Of a stretch of 64,000 nt of DNA, positions 53,634-64,000 are shown piece after piece. Every line of letters starts with the position of its first letter. Within the stretch, counting starts at the first letter, position 1. Source of the DNA: Flectonema sp. DT1601 (taxonomy: Eukaryota). A model generated the notes under the pieces. It ran no database searches. It had not been told where the DNA came from and saw only the letters and a program-made list of their open reading frames with translations. The DNA is taken from positions 186,001 to 250,000 of the forward strand of contig OZ025802.1 in assembly GCA_964019425.1 (NCBI GenBank), given 5' to 3'. The translations under genes were made by a program, and so were the position numbers.

Positions 53634-56600
53634 TTAGTATGGAAGAAGCCCTTGAAGTTCGGAGTCGCCGATTCCGATTTGGATAAGAGAATCCGACAAT
53701 GCCCGACGGAATTTTGGCCACTCAGGTATCTTACTGATTCCAACACACAGGTCTGATAAAGATGTCCTTTGCAGTAATTGTTGTGTTGAAAGACAATCAG
53801 AAAGTGAGTCAGAAACAGATACCCAAATGTCTGGAAAGCTTTGCCACACTTTCAGATGAATAATCTGCCCAAATACTTCTGACCAACACTTGTATGCTGA
53901 GATACGAGAAGCTTTATTGCAGGCTTGAAGAAGTCTGATTGGAATGTTCTTTCTACACATTTCATAATTAAGAATTGCGAGAAAGAGCGCTCGAATAGCG
54001 ACATCTAGAGTGTCACATCCAAGTTCTTCTTTACGACCTTGTTCAGACCACAACATAAACAATTGACGTACTTGAGCGACATCCTTTGTACAGTCAGATC
54101 CTAATGCTGATAGTAGCTGCTCAGCTTTCTCTGATACTTCTATTGGAGCATCAAGTTTCTTATCTAAGAATGCTGCAGGTGCAGGTGTTGATTGCTCTTC
54201 CTCACCCTGTCCTTCTTCTGGTGAGGCCGGCTTCTTTCTCACTAACACTGGTGGACCATCAGCTGAGACAACTGGTGGTCTTGGACGTCCTACTAATTCT
54301 TCCTTAGTTGGTACCGCCATCTGATACTGTTGAGGTATTCCTCCCAGAAGACCATCCTGTGTTGATGTTGTAGATGTGTATCAAGTTATTACATAACAGT
54401 AAGAGGACATGTAAGTCATACCTTCTTTGTTCGTACTCCACCTCTTGGGACCCAGTTTTTCTGTTGTAAACAGGACTCACGTAGTTCAGTGTTTTCAACA
54501 TCTTCTAGAGTCTCATAGTTGTCGTGCTGATCAAAGCGGTAGTTCTTTACCTGTTTGGACGAAAGCTGGAAGATTTTATATATCTGTTCTTTGAACCCAT
54601 CCACATAACATGACTATCATCTAACACAAATACAATACATACTTTATTACTTGCTGTACCAGTCATTGCATCTCTGATTGCGGATTTTGCCCAGGAGCAG
54701 TTCAGAATATATTTTCCAAGAGTTTGTTTGTCCTTGTCCATAAGGATTTGAGCTTCCTTACGTGTTCTGTACTCAAAAAATCCGTAGATGGTTCTGTTGT
54801 TGGTATCACCGCAGAGACGAATCTTTAATAATCTTCCACAAGACTGCACAAAATCAAGAAGCGTCTTTTCTGGAAGAGAAGTGTCAATACCAACAACATA
54901 AACAGTTCTGTCACGGGATGGCTCAATTACTTCAGGTACAAGGTTTCCGTGTGGAATCATATTTCCAACATGTTGCTGTGGAGGTCCTTGTGGATGTCCT
55001 GGCATTGGTAGTGATCCAGGTACCCATGCAGGTGCGCTGTTTTGTTTTTTTTGTTGTTGTTGTTTCAAATAACGAGGAGGAGAAAGAAAAAAAAACAACT
55101 TCATACCTCGGATTTAAGGAACTTCCTGGTGTTGGTTGTGGTTGTTGCTGTCCAAGTTGCTGTCCGATCTGTTGACCAATCTGCTGACCAATTTGCTGAA
55201 TTACTTGAGTTACAAGACCAACTGGTAGCTGTCCCTGTTGCTGTAGATTTGGTGGCATTCCAGGAGGAGGACCTGGAGGCATCGAACCATCCATACCCAC
55301 ATCAAGCCCCGCCAAATGCATAGTTCCAACTGATACTAATTTTTCCATATTTGCAGGAGGCTCAGGCTGGGCAGTAGTTTGTAATTGTTGTTGTAATTGA
55401 TTTAGTCTGTCAGAGTCTAATTGATGTTGTGGATTAGGAGTTGGTGTTTGCTTAATAACTGCACTTGGAGGAGGTTGCTTTGGAGGCTGCATCAATGACG
55501 ACGACTTCGGAACAATATTAGCAGGTGATTGAAGTTGTCTAGAATGAATAGGGGATGTAGTCGGTAATGACTGCGCTGTTGAGTAATGTGGTGATGGCTG
55601 ACTGTGATGTGGTGAAGGAAGTGTTCGTACTGATGGAGGCTGCTGTGGTAAAACATTTAAACCACTAACACCACCACCTCTTGGAGGTGACTTTGGCGGG
55701 GATGGTGGTGAACTTCCGACCATAACTGAAGCAGGTCTCACTCTGTCAAGAATACCTCCTCCTGGCTTAGCCCAACCAGACCTACGTGCTTGCAGTGGTT
55801 GGTACATAAGTTCCTTCAGAGATTGGTTTTGACAGATTTGATGAAAATGAGCGAGTCTATCAAAGAATGCTACGACAGCGTACTCGTTAAGCCTTGCTTC
55901 CATTTCCTTACCACAGCATAGTAATAATGTTGATATGCCTTGAAGATCTTTCTCAGATGGCGCCACTGCAATCACTTTACCTGCTTCACGAGGGAGTCCC
56001 AACAACTCCGCCAAACAGTAGGTGAGAATGTGATCAGATAGTAGCCTTCTGTTGAACATTTCTCCTAAAAAGCAAAGCAAATTTGTTAAATGAGCCATAC
56101 ACGTTGGGTTCGCAACATCATCCCTACGCTCAAATGCATCCTGACATCTGTCTAAGACTGCCGCGTGCAATGCTTGTCCCCATTTTAGTTCAATTTGCTT
56201 TGTAGCCGCAAGGGTTTCTTTTACTACTTCAGCAAAAACAGATGGTTTTGAAGACACTAATATTTGATTATAAAATGCCTGTGCGATGGCAGGTACTACT
56301 TCATCAGACATATTTTCACCATCAGAAATGAGCCTAATGACAGCGATCTGAACAGATGACACAGCTTGATTATACCTTGGTGATTCCGCTTCTAACAACG
56401 CTGACTGAATTTCCTGTAATATCGCCTTAGCTCCACCTTGAATTGGATGAGTCACTGCCGCAGGTGTATTGCTGGTTTCAACTCGTAAGCCTGTTCTTGA
56501 CGCAGTTCCACTGTTTTCCATATCTTCGAGCAGATCACTGGGTATCGCAACCCCAGTAGGAACACCTCCGAGAGTACCTATATTCATACGTTTTAACTCT

Positions 56601-56668
56601 TCTTCTGAATATTTTTTAGAAATTGAGACCCCAAGAAGATCAACAACATCATCACTCGTGTTTTTCAT
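53634..56668 (-). CDS. eIF4G-like MIF4G domain + PAM2 motif + RRM protein; 4 exons (55107-56668, 54643-55036, 54422-54550, 53634-54356), ~935 aa
   Basis: MIF4G signature (LDRCQDAFE...CFLGEMFNRRLL...CLAELL...LLLCCGKEME...FFDRL...RRSGW) and RRM (RTVYVVGI...YGFFEY). Three GTATG...ACAG introns (55037-55106, 54551-54642, 54357-54421) join four tracked ORFs in frame. Splicing of intron 1 creates SSLNPSAPAWVP. The intron 2 acceptor is ambiguous because several AGs are in frame. Confidence 0.8.
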
Positions 56669-57217
56669 ATTAACGTTTCTATAGAAAAAAAATATGAATA
56701 TAATAAAAATGATCAGGTTAATAATTTCCTAAAAACGAAAAAAGGAGAAAAAAAGAACGAAAAAAAAAAAGTGGAAGGTCGGTGGCAGCCTTTATTGCAA
56801 TGCGACACACCACACGGTACAAGTCGTGTGAAATGCACACAATTACCTTTTTAAGTGTACCTAATATACGATACACGTTTCGTTTGAGCTTTCCCCTGTA
56901 AAACTAGCTCTTTAGTGATTGTTCTGTTTCGGTTGCAAAGGCACCTTTTATTGGTAACAAAGGAATGGGGTTTAATAGTTAAAAATAAAAAGAGGATGGG
57001 AAAAACAAGACTTTTCTTCACTAAAAAGAATAATTCTTGATTAAAGCCTGAACGGTTGAAGATGGGGGACAAAACAACACTCGTGGAAGATCCATCACAA
57101 GGTGAATATCACTTCGAAAAGGGTCTGAAAATAAGGCACACAGGGAGACAATAAGAAAATAATAAATTAAAAATAACTACAACAATCATTCGGATTGCTT
57201 ACACACATAACGAGAAT

Positions 57218-58540
57218 TTACTGGGCTTCAGCGAAGACAAGGGCAGCAGCGAGCATTGCCTTGGTTTCGAGTTCTAGCTGACCAATGTCAATGTACTCAA
57301 GAAGATCTGTTTCCTTGTGGTAGTGTGGGTAGTTAACAGCTGATCCAGGGTGTTCAAAGAATCCAACAGATGGGAACCCATTCTCATAGAAAGACTGCTG
57401 GTCAGAGCAGCATCCTGAGGTCCAACCAACACCAAGCTCTGGAACATACAACTTAGTAATATCCATCGTCATCTCAGTTAGAGTTAAGTCAGAGTATCTG
57501 TTCATGAAAGCAACAGTTGGCTTTGTTTCTGGTAGTCTGTAACCAAGCATATCTCCATTAATCATAGCGACAACGTTCTCTCCCTGTTGTGAGAATGCTC
57601 TGGCAATAGCACGGGATCCAAGAAGTCCCTGTTCCTCCCCAGTAAATGAAATCAATCTGACGGTAGCCTTCAGAGTGATTCCTGATTTGTGAATGGCATC
57701 AGCGATTTCAAGAAGAGCAGCAGTACCGGTACCGTTGTCATCAGCACCTGGAGCACGCTGAGTTCCTGAGTTGGTGTTGGTAGCTCTGCTGTCGGCGTGA
57801 GCACCAACGACAATAACGTTCTTAGTAAGTCCCTTAAAGTCAGCGATAACATTTCCTGCCCATCCGTTTCTGTAGTCCTGACGGGTGACGTATGCACCTC
57901 TCTGCTCAAACTGGTCAGCCAACCATTCGGTTGCGTCGAAGAGATCTTTCGAGTTTGAGTTTCTGCTGTGGTACTCCTGAAGGTGAGCAACAGACTTTAC
58001 CATGCTGGCCTCAGTCACTCGGGAAACAATGTCAGCAATAGCGTTATCCTTAGTAGCAATAAACTTCTTAATAGAGTTAATACGAGCCTTTGACATGGCC
58101 TTTGGTCCGACAACTGTAGTGTCGCTGACTGACATCATTCTCTTGTCGAGATCTGAACCACACGCGTCGTATCCTAAACGGTCAGGAACTTCCTCTCCTC
58201 CTGATGCGATGTAGGTACTGTTTTGCATAAGGAGAACTGACACTCCTAAGTTCTTGGCGCGGGTAGCACTCGCAACCATCGCGTTCTCGTTATCGAATTC
58301 CAAAACCCATAAACCATCATTTCCCTTCTTGTGAACATCAAAGTCTTTGCAAGAAGCTCCCAATGCCTTCTCCTGATGAATGTACAGAGTCAAGTCTCTA
58401 AATGCCCCTCTAAAATCAGAACCCTTCTTCGCTTCAGGGATAGCGTGAACAGACGACAGCGGTGCGGAAGCACACCATTCTCTTGTAGCAGATGCTCCGT
58501 GGAGCACGGCGAGCATCAACGCGGCAGTACGCATAGGCAT
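57218..58540 (-). CDS. Secreted M28 family zinc aminopeptidase (leucyl aminopeptidase-like)
   Basis: Signal peptide after MPMRT (ATG 58540); zinc-ligand motifs GAHADS, APGADDNGTG, FTGEEQGLLGS, DMLGY, CCSD and YH...D. Confidence 0.9.
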   Translation of the reverse strand: MPMRTAALMLAVLHGASATREWCASAPLSSVHAIPEAKKGSDFRGAFRDLTLYIHQEKALGASCKDFDVHKKGNDGLWVLEFDNENAMVASATRAKNLGVSVLLMQNSTYIASGGEEVPDRLGYDACGSDLDKRMMSVSDTTVVGPKAMSKARINSIKKFIATKDNAIADIVSRVTEASMVKSVAHLQEYHSRNSNSKDLFDATEWLADQFEQRGAYVTRQDYRNGWAGNVIADFKGLTKNVIVVGAHADSRATNTNSGTQRAPGADDNGTGTAALLEIADAIHKSGITLKATVRLISFTGEEQGLLGSRAIARAFSQQGENVVAMINGDMLGYRLPETKPTVAFMNRYSDLTLTEMTMDITKLYVPELGVGWTSGCCSDQQSFYENGFPSVGFFEHPGSAVNYPHYHKETDLLEYIDIGQLELETKAMLAAALVFAEAQ

Positions 58541-59982
58541 GATTATGTTGGTAGCTGTGAGAAGAATAAAATGACAACACCAACACATATTGAAAATATA
58601 TATTATCTTTAAAGACGCCTTACCATAAACATAGCGTAGCTCACAATTTGTTTTATTTGAATATAAAACCAACGCACTGCAATCAGTTTGTCAACACAAT
58701 TTGACATTCTCCGTGACAACTAGTCTCGGGACAGATAAAAAGAAGAAAGAACGTCACATACACAAAGTAACAATCAGATGAGGAATGACTGCCACGACAA
58801 AACAACATGGCATTCAACAGAGCAAATAATGAACTTACCCTTGTTACACATAGTAAAAACAGTGAAAGCGAAAGGGAAAAAGAAAAGCATCTACGTGCTA
58901 CGTACGGTAGCTTTGATGTATACAAAATGTGAATAAAGATAGATAGATAAGGAAGTCCAATACATTGCGTACTGAGCATCACTGATAAGGAGCATCGGAT
59001 TAATCCCAGGAGCTATAAGACGACAGTAACGTAATTAGACCAAATCTTATTCAGGATTGTATAACGGAAGAGCCTACAAACGAAAACGGGTGCTATCTTT
59101 TTTTTTTTTTATAACAACAGATTACAAAAAACGACAGAACAGTGATTTCACTTAACACAATCTCAACCCGGTCATCCCCTTACAGGAATGGTAGAGAGAG
59201 AAAAGTAAACAACAATCTGAAAAAAAAGAAAATCCCTGCCCACGTCGTAAGCATAAGAAATAGTAGTAAATAGAAATGGAGAAATAAAACACAGCATGCG
59301 ATAGAAACAAACAAGTGGCTACAAATACTTATAGAATACATTTGAGTGTTAACTGCAGTGGTGTTGTTTCACGCAAAGAGAATTTGTTAATTCTCTAACC
59401 GTACTTCAAACAAACGATCCAATTATCATCTCAAACACAGAAAACCTAATCACTACTACGATTGCACATAAGTAAAAAGAAGCTGATTTTCAGGTTTTTT
59501 TTTTTTTTTTTTTTTTTTAAAACAAGCATTCAATTTCGACCTTCTTGCGCGGAGGCTGCAGTGATCAGACCAGATGCTTTGGAAAAAAAAAAAAAAAAAA
59601 AAAACGCACGCACGCATCAATAAAAACAAAAAAGGGGGAGGGACATGGAGTGAAAAACTCGTCAAAAGAACAACCACTCCCAAGTTAATGGGTGCTCTAG
59701 ACTATTACTAAAAATGAACATCTCAACAACAATACGTCGGAGTGTTCAAAACCAAGTGTGATTGGAAAGCTGACTATCTGACAAAAAATATGAAACATTT
59801 TTACCAGACTCGAATTTTGCTCACACCGTTAATTTTTTTTTTCTTTTTTAGATAAATCTTATTGCTCGATATTGGGAAAGTAAATAAATAATTGAAACGA
59901 TCAATTCAACACGTAGCTTACAGAACAAATATAAAAAATAAATAAAAAATAGTCAATTTGCTTCCCGATTTTCGAGAACAAC

Positions 59983-61203
59983 TTAAATTCGGGGACACTC
60001 TCCCAAGTCAAATGAATGTTCAAAAGGTTTAATTAGGTCATCAGACGTCATTGCTGGAGTGTTGTAGATCGGATTGCCTTCAATAGTATTCTGAAAGCAA
60101 TCATTATAACAAGGACCACTCTTATTAAATGGACGATCACATGTGTCAAAACACGGTGCTCCAACCTTCTCAACTGCGTTATCAACTCTGCTATTCGCGC
60201 AGGTCGCGTTGATGTAAAATGGTGACTCGACTATTCTCCAAGCACATCCATCTGTTCCTAAAGGTGATCCAGCTTTACATTCACCTGCTGGGAGTGTGCT
60301 GTACCAACTTCCACCGATTGTAACTCCAACACCAATCCATTTGTGACGATCATACACCACAGAAATACATTCTTCATTTCGGTTGATGATATTGCTAGTG
60401 TTCGATGATTTGAATAAGTGTGCCGTCACGTTGTCTTCAGAGTACCATCCAAGACAGTCTTGTTCATCATCACAAGCATTGCAGGCGATGGTCATCGTGG
60501 CTTCAGATGATCGTGGATTAATCGTGTTAGTAACATTCATAAAGATAGTGGCATTAGCGATATTACAAGAGTGCTTACTGTAGTCGTGCATTGTAAAGGC
60601 ACGACACTGGTTTGGCCATCCCGCAGGTGGTTTTTCATGAAAAGTATACGGATTTGGAGCTCTACCAACACTCTTGTTGCACCTGTCACAGTCTTCACAA
60701 AAGCAAGTACTCCCCTGCCACGAAAATGTTCCATTATCTCTTGGATAGTATGAGTTATTACAATATGGTGGGTTGTCACACATCTCATCACAAAAAAATG
60801 GATTTGAGGCGTTCTGATACAACGGATTGCACTGATAATATGGTCCAAACTGACCGTCAATTTCTACGATAAACTTTCCGTAGACGTTTTCAGTGCCATT
60901 CGATAAAAAACATCCTTTAGTGACTTCCCCTTTGGCACATGCTTGACTGAGTTTTCTGTTTTCTAAAATGAATCCCATGTCACCTGCAGAGTTTCCTGTG
61001 TTCTTGGAGTCGATGCCTCGAACATCTGTTGGAGTCAGTCGGTAGATTGTTAGATTTTGTGGTCTTCCAGTGTCACCAGCAGTGGTGTTATAAAAACTGC
61101 ATCTCCCTCCACAATAATCAGCGCACATCTCATCGCCTGGAAGCGTCGTATCACACGACGGCATAACAGCCGCTGCCAATACAATTAACATAATCGTTAT
61201 CAT
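59983..61203 (-). CDS. Secreted cysteine-rich protein of unknown function
   Basis: 406 aa with a signal peptide, many Cys and multiple N-x-S/T sequons. Confidence 0.75.
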   Translation of the reverse strand: MITIMLIVLAAAVMPSCDTTLPGDEMCADYCGGRCSFYNTTAGDTGRPQNLTIYRLTPTDVRGIDSKNTGNSAGDMGFILENRKLSQACAKGEVTKGCFLSNGTENVYGKFIVEIDGQFGPYYQCNPLYQNASNPFFCDEMCDNPPYCNNSYYPRDNGTFSWQGSTCFCEDCDRCNKSVGRAPNPYTFHEKPPAGWPNQCRAFTMHDYSKHSCNIANATIFMNVTNTINPRSSEATMTIACNACDDEQDCLGWYSEDNVTAHLFKSSNTSNIINRNEECISVVYDRHKWIGVGVTIGGSWYSTLPAGECKAGSPLGTDGCAWRIVESPFYINATCANSRVDNAVEKVGAPCFDTCDRPFNKSGPCYNDCFQNTIEGNPIYNTPAMTSDDLIKPFEHSFDLGECPRI

Positions 61204-61559
61204 TTTTTTTTTTTTTTTTTTTTTCCCCTTCCTATTATCAATCTATTTTAGTGACATTAAAAAAAAAGGGGGGGGAGCCTTTAAACTGCCAGCGGCAGAA
61301 GTATATAAATCACACATATATGTTTTTTTTTTTTTTTATTCTATTTGAGTGTAAGAATTAAGCCTTTTAGAATAGTTTTTTTTTTTTCATTTAAATAAGA
61401 AAAACAGCAACACATCGTAACAAGAGCAAATTGTAAGAAAAAGGTGTAATAACCCAAATGTAAAATTGTTATATGAGTATTGTATTAGAAAGCAATTCAA
61501 AAAAATAAAACGAACAAAACGCAGCTTAAGGAAGCAAGATCGAGGGGGAAAAAAATATA

Positions 61560-62338
61560 TCAGTCATTCCTTTTTTTTGCGAACAAATTCTAGACACTGA
61601 AAAAAAATTTCAAAAAAAAATTGTAAAAATTTCGATCGAAGCGGCATTTTAATGCGCTGCATCGTTGGGTTCATTTCCGTCCGAAATCGGGAGGTTGGCA
61701 TCACATACTTGTCTCCCGAATTGAGAAAAGAGATTTTGCGGTTTACTAAATCAGCTCAGCCGTGGACAAGTACCAAAACTAAAAATTAATCGAAGGGTCT
61801 AATTTTACACTGCTGGCCCAGCGGGATCCAGAGAAAAAATAATCGAGCAAAAATATATTAAAGAGTACTAAGCATGTGCCGGTGAGGCAGATTGTTACTA
61901 CCTGTCTTTTTGGACCTACTTTGATACTTAATGATCATTATCACCACCACAGATGCAACATTTTCCTTACATAATTGCTACTAGGGTTGATTTGTTAGTA
62001 AAAAGGTGCATATCTCTTGAGTGCGGGAGAAGGGGGAAAAAATAGTAAAAAAAAAAAAATTAGGGGTGTTTTTTACTCAGATTTTCTCGATCTTTCCATT
62101 CCAGGTCTGGGATTAATATTTATCATTGAGTAGTACCAAGGAAATTTTGCAAAGAGACGTTTATCTCTTTTTAGCAGCACTTACCATGTTTAAAAGTATA
62201 TCCCTATGCCTAATTTTACAGATCGCACCCTCCCCGATTCCAAAAAATAAAAAATCGAGCAAAAGTAACATATCGTGTAACCTTGCTCAGGCGGTGAGAA
62301 AATGGTGTTTTTTGTTCGCAAAAAAAAGGAATGACTGA
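61560..62338. mobile_element. MITE with perfect 28-bp TIRs and TA flanks (Tc1/mariner-like)
   Basis: TA|TCAGTCATTCCTTTTTTTTGCGAACAAA (61560-61587) ... TTTGTTCGCAAAAAAAAGGAATGACTGA|TA (62311-62338). No transposase ORF inside. Confidence 0.85.
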
Positions 62339-62455
62339 TATATATTTAAAATATAATTGTTCTGCTGTTTTGTTCTATTTCACACACCCTAACGGAAAAA
62401 AAAACGTATTTTTAATCGAAAGAACGGAGAACACAAAAGACTTAAACGTTTGTAT

Positions 62456-64000
62456 TTAATTATCCCAATCAAAAGGTAACCAAAACCCCTGATCACTAAC
62501 TACCCCACAAAGCTTTGGAACTAATACCGTCCGGTACTCAGCTTCAGTTGTTATATTACAAGAAGGAAATGAATAAGAAGAAGCTTTCGTTAATTCTCGA
62601 TAAAGTAACTTTCGAGTAGACTCATGAGAAGGATCAGAACTCAGGTCATGACTTTCTGAAGGATCAAGTATAACGTTAAATAAACAACCCTTACCAATAT
62701 GACATTGTCTTCCTAAAGATGATGTGTTAAGTGAGTTCCACGGTGCGAATCCCATCGCCTGATTAACACCTTTTCTTGTATCTCTTCGGATGATTCCACC
62801 TGATAACCCATATGGGATTTCAAAAGTACTAACTGGAGGAGGATATGTCAGATTATCAAGTCCTGCATGTCCAATTATTAATTTGAAGTCTCCCTGTCTG
62901 ATTGATGCAGTAGTGCAATGAGTCTCATTTGAGTTACATATTGAAGATAATGGTGAATGGATGATCGTTTCTCTGGTGGATCTTCCTGTTCCGGGTCTTG
63001 AGATTTGATTCCATAAATCATATCCAGTTACTCCGTTTGGTTTTAATGATGATGTCGAATTGACAATCCCAACAACAATCGTTGGAAGCAAATCAGAAAT
63101 ATGCATCATCCCCTCAAATACTGAACTTTTGTCAATTCTCGTTGGAGAGTAAAAAATCGCCGATGTCCTAACCGAACCCTCCCAGGAACCTGGAACCGAT
63201 CCCCTAAAAGGAATATTACTGCTTTGATATTGATCACCACCAGTAACTCCGTGTATTATTATAATGTAATTATCATCGTTAATAGAAGAGAAAGCTTGTT
63301 CGATTCTTGAAAGTTGGATGTCAGAATAATACAGCATTCCGTTGGCTATCTTTCGAGCATCTTTTGTTATAAATTGAAATTTTGGATACAAATATGGAAC
63401 AGCAACATTAAGAGGACTACTCAAAGCATGAAGTGAAAGTAAAATATAAATCGGTGAAGTTTTTTCATTAATTATTTTGACGGCACGATCAGTGTACATT
63501 TTTGTAGAATAATCTTCGTAGTATGTTTCTATATCTGCGTGGGTTACCTTACTTGAATTGAACAGCACATCAGCTAAGTCAGTCATCGGTCCCGCAGTTG
63601 GTGTCGGAGCTGTTCCACAATCAGTGCTGTCAGGAGAACGGATGTGCCACCAGTAGTCACCAGTGTTTTCAGATGATCCAAAAAACGTATCAAAGCCTCT
63701 ATAAGTTGGAGTATAATTCCTAGTAACCCAACCGAGATGCCATCCTCCTAGGTAGTGTGAAGTGTAGTTCAATGGCTTAAGGTATTCAGGAATTGTTTTT
63801 AATCCCTGAGGTAATCCCTGCCACATAGATCCATTGCATTTATTTCCATAACCAGCCTCATAACTGTATCTACCTGTTAACATAGCTGCTCTACTTGGGG
63901 CAGACATCCCCCCTCCATAAAACTCGTTAATAGTAACACCCTTTGATGCTAGGCTGTCGAGGTATGGTGTTGCTCCTTCACCATTTCTCCAACCAACGTC
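62456..64000 (-). CDS. Arylsulfatase-like protein with degenerate active site (5' end outside window)
   Basis: The frame is open to the window edge (DVGW...TPYLDSLASKG...FYGGGMSAPSRAAMLTGRY). Other motifs: WHLG, PTYRGFDTFFG, WEGSVR, MHISDLLPT, LFNVILDPSE. Confidence 0.82.
   Translation of the reverse strand, partial: DVGWRNGEGATPYLDSLASKGVTINEFYGGGMSAPSRAAMLTGRYSYEAGYGNKCNGSMWQGLPQGLKTIPEYLKPLNYTSHYLGGWHLGWVTRNYTPTYRGFDTFFGSSENTGDYWWHIRSPDSTDCGTAPTPTAGPMTDLADVLFNSSKVTHADIETYYEDYSTKMYTDRAVKIINEKTSPIYILLSLHALSSPLNVAVPYLYPKFQFITKDARKIANGMLYYSDIQLSRIEQAFSSINDDNYIIIIHGVTGGDQYQSSNIPFRGSVPGSWEGSVRTSAIFYSPTRIDKSSVFEGMMHISDLLPTIVVGIVNSTSSLKPNGVTGYDLWNQISRPGTGRSTRETIIHSPLSSICNSNETHCTTASIRQGDFKLIIGHAGLDNLTYPPPVSTFEIPYGLSGGIIRRDTRKGVNQAMGFAPWNSLNTSSLGRQCHIGKGCLFNVILDPSESHDLSSDPSHESTRKLLYRELTKASSYSFPSCNITTEAEYRTVLVPKLCGVVSDQGFWLPFDWDN

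Noticed and set aside
1..64000. CRISPR array, prokaryotic operon/defence system, or spliced-leader RNA gene
   Set aside because: No regularly spaced repeat-spacer array, the genes are eukaryotic with spliceosomal introns, and no match to the euglenozoan SL core (CAGTTTCTGTACT) was seen.

Overview
Eukaryotic, AT-rich protist genomic DNA with long poly(A)/poly(T) intergenic tracts. All 21 credible protein-coding genes lie on the minus strand and are mostly intron-free. This suggests a directional gene cluster of the euglenozoan type (kinetoplastid/diplonemid-like; the taxon is an inference). Genes, in order: XRCC1, a secreted single-domain catalase-peroxidase, an outer-arm axonemal dynein heavy chain, VKOR, several hypothetical proteins, an EF-hand protein, a sterol desaturase/fatty-acid hydroxylase, an SK-like K+ channel, four tandem secreted GH43 genes (two lacking the predicted catalytic acids), a 4-exon MIF4G-PAM2-RRM gene, an M28 aminopeptidase, a Cys-rich secreted protein and a degenerate sulfatase cut by the window end. 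The most unusual non-coding structure is a ~1.7-kb element (23214-24912) bounded by 47-bp terminal inverted repeats, with no transposase ORF. It carries a ~400-nt LSU rRNA fragment containing the R2/I-PpoI target sequence, a tRNA-Met-derived Pol III cassette, a strong GC hairpin and a ~100-bp segment found twice more in the window. A second, unrelated TA-flanked MITE lies at 61560-62338. All family calls come from motif recognition by eye; no searches were run.
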